From Welwitschia mirabilis (taxonomy: Eukaryota): DNA of 40,090 nt. The notes under the pieces were generated by a model. It did not search any database. It saw nothing but the letters and a program-made list of their open reading frames with translations, and was not told the DNA's origin. Shown in pieces: positions 35,944-40,090 of the stretch. The stretch spans positions 38,284,889-38,324,978 of the forward strand of contig JBOZIK010000001.1 of the NCBI GenBank assembly GCA_051453625.1, written 5' to 3'. Every line of letters starts with the position of its first letter. Position 1 is the stretch's first letter. A program made the translations under genes and the position numbers.

Positions 35944-36920
35944 AATAATAATAGGAACTAGCATAACTAAGAAATGATCTAACTTGTTTAATATTAATTA
36001 GAGGATTAAGATTTTTAATGATACCAACTTTTGTAGGGTCTATTTAATTCCCCTTATTAGAAATGTGATAACTTAAAACAATCACATTATTAACAAGAAA
36101 GAAACTCTTTTCCCAACTCAAGTTTAGGCCACTTTGTATGTAGCAATCTAAGACTTTTTCTAATCTTTTCATGGTCTATTCAAAAGTTTTACCAAATATT
36201 GAGAAATCATCCATAAAAATTTCTATAGATTCCTCTAGCAAATCATAAAAGATACCCATCATTACTCACTGGAAAGTTTTTAGGGCATTGAAAAGTCCAA
36301 GAGGCATTCTTCTAAAGGTAAATGTTATAAAGGTAGAGGTAAAAGTTATTTTTGCTTAGTCTTCACTTACTATAAAAAATTGATTATAGCCATTATACCC
36401 ATTACGAAAATAATAGTAGGCATGTCCTTGGATTATATCAAGTAATTAATTAAGAAAGGATAAAGGATAATGATCCTTTTTAATACTGTCATTAAGTTTT
36501 CTAAAATAAATGCACATTCTCCATTTTTTACTCTTTTTATGAACCACTATTAAGGGAGTAACCCACTTACTATTAGATATATCATAGAATATCTTAGCAT
36601 CCATAATTTTAAAAAATTTATCTTGATTGCTTACTTAAGGACTAGTTAAGCCTTTGTTAAGGTTACTTAACTAGTTTAGCATTATCCTCAAGATAGATTT
36701 TGTGTTAAACTATAAAAGGAGGAATGAAAGCTAAGTCTTTATGGATCCAACTGAAAGAAATTTAATTAGAAGTTGAAAGTGAGGCTAAGTTGAATTCTTA
36801 TTTGGGAGTAAGAAGCTCAATTATTATCAAAGGTCTCTTCAGATTGTTTAATAGAAAAATGTATTTTAAATCTTTGGAAAACTCTTTTAGTTTCAAGTTG
36901 GAATTTTTGAGTTCTATAAT
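35944..36920 (-). pseudogene. Decayed Ty3/gypsy reverse transcriptase fragment (element G)
   Basis: KWVTPLIVVHKKSKKWRMCIYFRKLN...KDHYPLSF...GYNGYNQ...RRMPLGLFNALKTFQ...EIFMDDFS (FMDD at 36206-36217)...QVRSFL. Confidence 0.9.
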
Positions 36921-39900
36921 TTTCTACTAAGAACTCATTTTTATATGTTTGGTCAAGAAGACCACCCATAATAATGTTATTTGAATCATAAATAAGTTTA
37001 GAATATTTAATCCAATTGAGACCCATGATAATAGATTCATCAGAAATTTTATCCTTAAGTGCATCAAAAGCAAATTAACGTAAATTGTACCAATCAAATT
37101 TAGCATATTTTTCTAGTAATGAGTGAAGAAATTTACAAACCTTGGTATAATCATAAATAAAATGACAATAAAAAGCAAAATTACTAAGGAATAATCTAAC
37201 TTATTTAACATTGGTTGGAGGGCTAAGGTTTTTAATGATACCTACTTTTATGGGGTCCATCTTAATCCCTTCATTAGAAATTTGTTAATCTAAAATAATT
37301 TCATTATTNNNNNNNNNNNNNNNNNNNNNNNNNNNNNNNNNNNNNNNNNNNNNNNNNNNNNNNNNNNNNNNNNNNNNNNNNNNNNNNNNNNNNNNNNNNN
37401 NNNNNNNNNNNNNNNNNNNNNNNNNNNNNNNNNNNNNNNNNNNNNNNNNNNNNNNNNNNNNNNNNNNNNNNNNNNNNNNNNNNNNNNNNNNNNNNNNNNN
37501 NNNNNNNNNNNNNNNNNNNNNNNNNNNNNNNNNNNNNNNNNNNNNNNNNNNNNNNNNNNNNNNNNNNNNNNNNNNNNNNNNNNNNNNNNNNNNNNNNNNN
37601 NNNNNNNNNNNNNNNNNNNNNNNNNNNNNNNNNNNNNNNNNNNNNNNNNNNNNNNNNNNNNNNNNNNNNNNNNNNNNNNNNNNNNNNNNNNNNNNNNNNN
37701 NNNNNNNNNNNNNNNNNNNNNNNNNNNNNNNNNNNNNNNNNNNNNNNNNNNNNNNNNNNNNNNNNNNNNNNNNNNNNNNNNNNNNNNNNNNNNNNNNNNN
37801 NNNNNNNNNNNNNNNNNNNNNNNNNNNTGTAGGTCACTTTCTATACATCGATTTAAGATGTTTTCTAATCTTTTTATGATTTGTTCAAAATTTTCATCAA
37901 AGATGAAGAAGTAACCCATAAAAAGTTCAAAAGAATTGTCTATCATATCAGAAAAAGTACTAATCATTACTTGTTGAAAAGTCCTAAAGGAGTTGTAAAG
38001 TCCAAAAGGCATTCATCTAAAGGCAAATGTTATAAAAGGTGAGGTAAAAGTTATTTTTGATTGATTCTTATTTGCTATGCTTACTTGATTATAGTTATGA
38101 TACCCATCGAGAAAACAATGGTAGGAATGACCTTTGATTCTATCAAGCACTTGATTAAGAAAGGCTAAAGGGAAATTATTATTTTAATGACCTCATTAAG
38201 TTTTCTAAAATTAATGCACATTCTTCATTTCCCATTATTTTTTGAAACTATAATCAAAGGGTTAACCTACTCATTATTAGATATAGCATAGATGATTCTA
38301 GCATCCATAAGTTTAATAATTTAATCTTTAACTACTTGCTTAAGGGATTATTCATTGTGGTTATCTAATAGATTTAGCATTATACTCGAGGTAAATTTTA
38401 TATTAGACTATTAGCAACCAAGTATGTATGATCCAAGTAAAAGCATCTTCTTTAGCAGTTAAAAGTGACATCAGGTTGGATTCTTATTAAGGAGTAAGAA
38501 GATCACTTATTATCAAAGGTTTCTTTGAATCATTAAATAGAAAAATGTATTTTAGATCTTTAGGAAACTCTTTTAGTACTAAGTTGGAATTTTCACTTAT
38601 CTTCATGTCTATCATGAGGATGACAAATATGGGATGATAATTTTCAAAAAGGTTTTCTATCAAGTAAACATGTTGAATCTTCTTCGAGTTAAAAGATTCC
38701 TCACTCTCATACTTAAGATAGTGTATTTCAATCAGGTCATTATATAAAGTTGGTTTGAATAGCATTATCAATCTCTCATTAATTAGATAATGTTGTAAAA
38801 ACATGGTTGGTTTAAGTTCTTCTTCTAAGTGAGACTCATATCCTATTTCTATTTCAGCAACATAAAAAACTCAAATGAAGAAATTTTTATTACCTAATTG
38901 ACATTCCATCATTCTAGTTCATGTGTTAATGATACAATTGAAAGTTACACATAAAGCTCTTCCTAAGAGTAGTGGATAACTTCTATCATGTTCTACCTCA
39001 ATGTTGACTACATCTATGGGGTAAAATGTTTCCTCTATTTGGATGATTAGGTCCTTGATAATCCCTAAAGGTTTATTAATTAATGTATTAGCTAATTTTA
39101 AGATACTTTGTATAGGTTATATTCCATTTTCTAACCTTAGTCCTTTACATATATGAAGAGGCATGATGTTTACACTATCTTTTATGTTAATTAAAGCTTT
39201 TTAAATTTTTTTGTTTTCTTCTAAGATAAAGCTCACCACAACTGCTATAGGATCTATGAATTTTGAATAGTTTTTCATAACTAAGTTGAAAATAAATTAA
39301 GAAAGAAAAACTTTTTTAGGAATGGTACATTTTTATTTTCTTCTTACTATGTCTTTTCATAACTTAGAATACTTAGGATTTTCTTGCAAGAGTTTCCAAA
39401 AAGATGAGTTGGTGTTTACTTCTTGCATCAAGGTCTTCAACTACTCATCATAGGTAGGATTCGTGTTTAACCTATCAAGCTAAGTAGTAAATGATTTCTT
39501 CCCTTTATTTTCTTGTGAAGAATTTTTAGTGGTGGTCTTAGCATGTGATGTTGATGGAAAGTTATATGTGTCTAAAATTTGTACATCATCTTCTTCATTA
39601 TCTTTTTCATCTTTTTTAAAAGTTAAGATCTCATGGGTAGGAGGTGTTGTATCATTTTTACATCTTATTACCACCTTTAAATCCCTCTTGAATTTATTTG
39701 CATTAGGTAAAGGTTAAGATGCAAGAGACCCTTGTTGTCTTTGATTGGCAGGCATCATTGGATGAAGTACATTCACTAAGTTTTTAATATTATTATTGGC
39801 CTTTTCTTAAACCTATTTTAATTCTTCTATGGAATCTCTAAGTGATCATTTTGATTTGGTAGAAAATTGAGGTTATTTTATTAGAAGTTTAAATTTCTAA

Positions 39901-40090
39901 ATATATTCTAAAAAGGTTTCCATTGTTTTTATCCATCTAATATTTAATGAAACTGTGGTTGACTTTTAAAGTTAGATGTTCTTTGGTTAAATGCATATAC
40001 TTTTTCAAACATCCTCTTTTTACAAGTTGGTAACAAGGAATACTCTTTAGTTTGATGAGATTTGTCTTCACAAATATTACATGTTGAAGT
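36921..40090 (-). pseudogene. Decayed gag(C-terminus)-protease-RT-RNase H(start) of Athila-like element H, running beyond the window end
   Basis: KALINIKDSVNIMPLHI (~39200-39150), YPLLLGRAL, MCINFRKLN, FLDGYHNYNQ, MPFGLYNSFRTFQ, and the RH start AFDALK...LIYDSNNIIMGGLLDQ. Confidence 0.9.

Noticed and set aside
555..38012. Long ORFs in the supplied track (for example 12968-13628, 15474-16333, 21130-22023, 22863-23643)
   Set aside because: They are open only because they run through N gaps. None supports a gene apart from the retroelement fragments listed above.
35944..38410. RTs as a prokaryotic retron, DGR or group II intron, or as an endogenous pararetrovirus
   Set aside because: The motifs, the gag-PR-RT-RH order and the associated LTR/PBS/PPT are those of plant Ty3/gypsy elements.
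25104..40090. Elements E, G and H as one continuous minus-strand element interrupted by F
   Set aside because: No TSD or sequence continuity links 31102 to 35944, and integrase and most of RNase H are absent. It cannot be supported, though it is not excluded.

Overview
Very AT-rich, strongly CpG-depleted plant nuclear DNA from a gappy scaffold. I find no host gene, RNA gene or CRISPR array; the window is a nest of decayed LTR retrotransposons. From left to right: (A) the 3' end of an Athila-like Ty3/gypsy LTR (1-480) abutting the 5' LTR of (B) a two-LTR Athila-like element (481-10002, +) that has gag and protease but no RT/RNase H/integrase; (C) an unassigned stretch with a long diverged inverted repeat (~10170-10965 vs ~13810-14800) and a probable decayed plant-mobile-domain (PMD) ORF on the minus strand, split by (D) a full-length Sirevirus-like Ty1/copia element (16363-24527, +; TSD TTAGG/TTAAG, tRNA-iMet PBS) with gag and an env-like extra ORF but no pol; (E) a minus-strand relative of B (25104-31102) cut by (F) a plus-strand relative (31103-~35943), whose RT meets head-on (G) a minus-strand RT fragment lying in tandem with (H) a gag-PR-RT-RH fragment running off the window end. 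All coding remnants are broken by stops and frameshifts, mostly C>T/G>A transitions. Most long ORFs in the supplied track are N-run artefacts. I cannot support a claim of a new biological system. The best leads are the pol-less elements, a ~40-bp palindrome dispersed through the Athila-like family, the split PMD-like ORF and the mutational signature. All alignments and identities are by eye.
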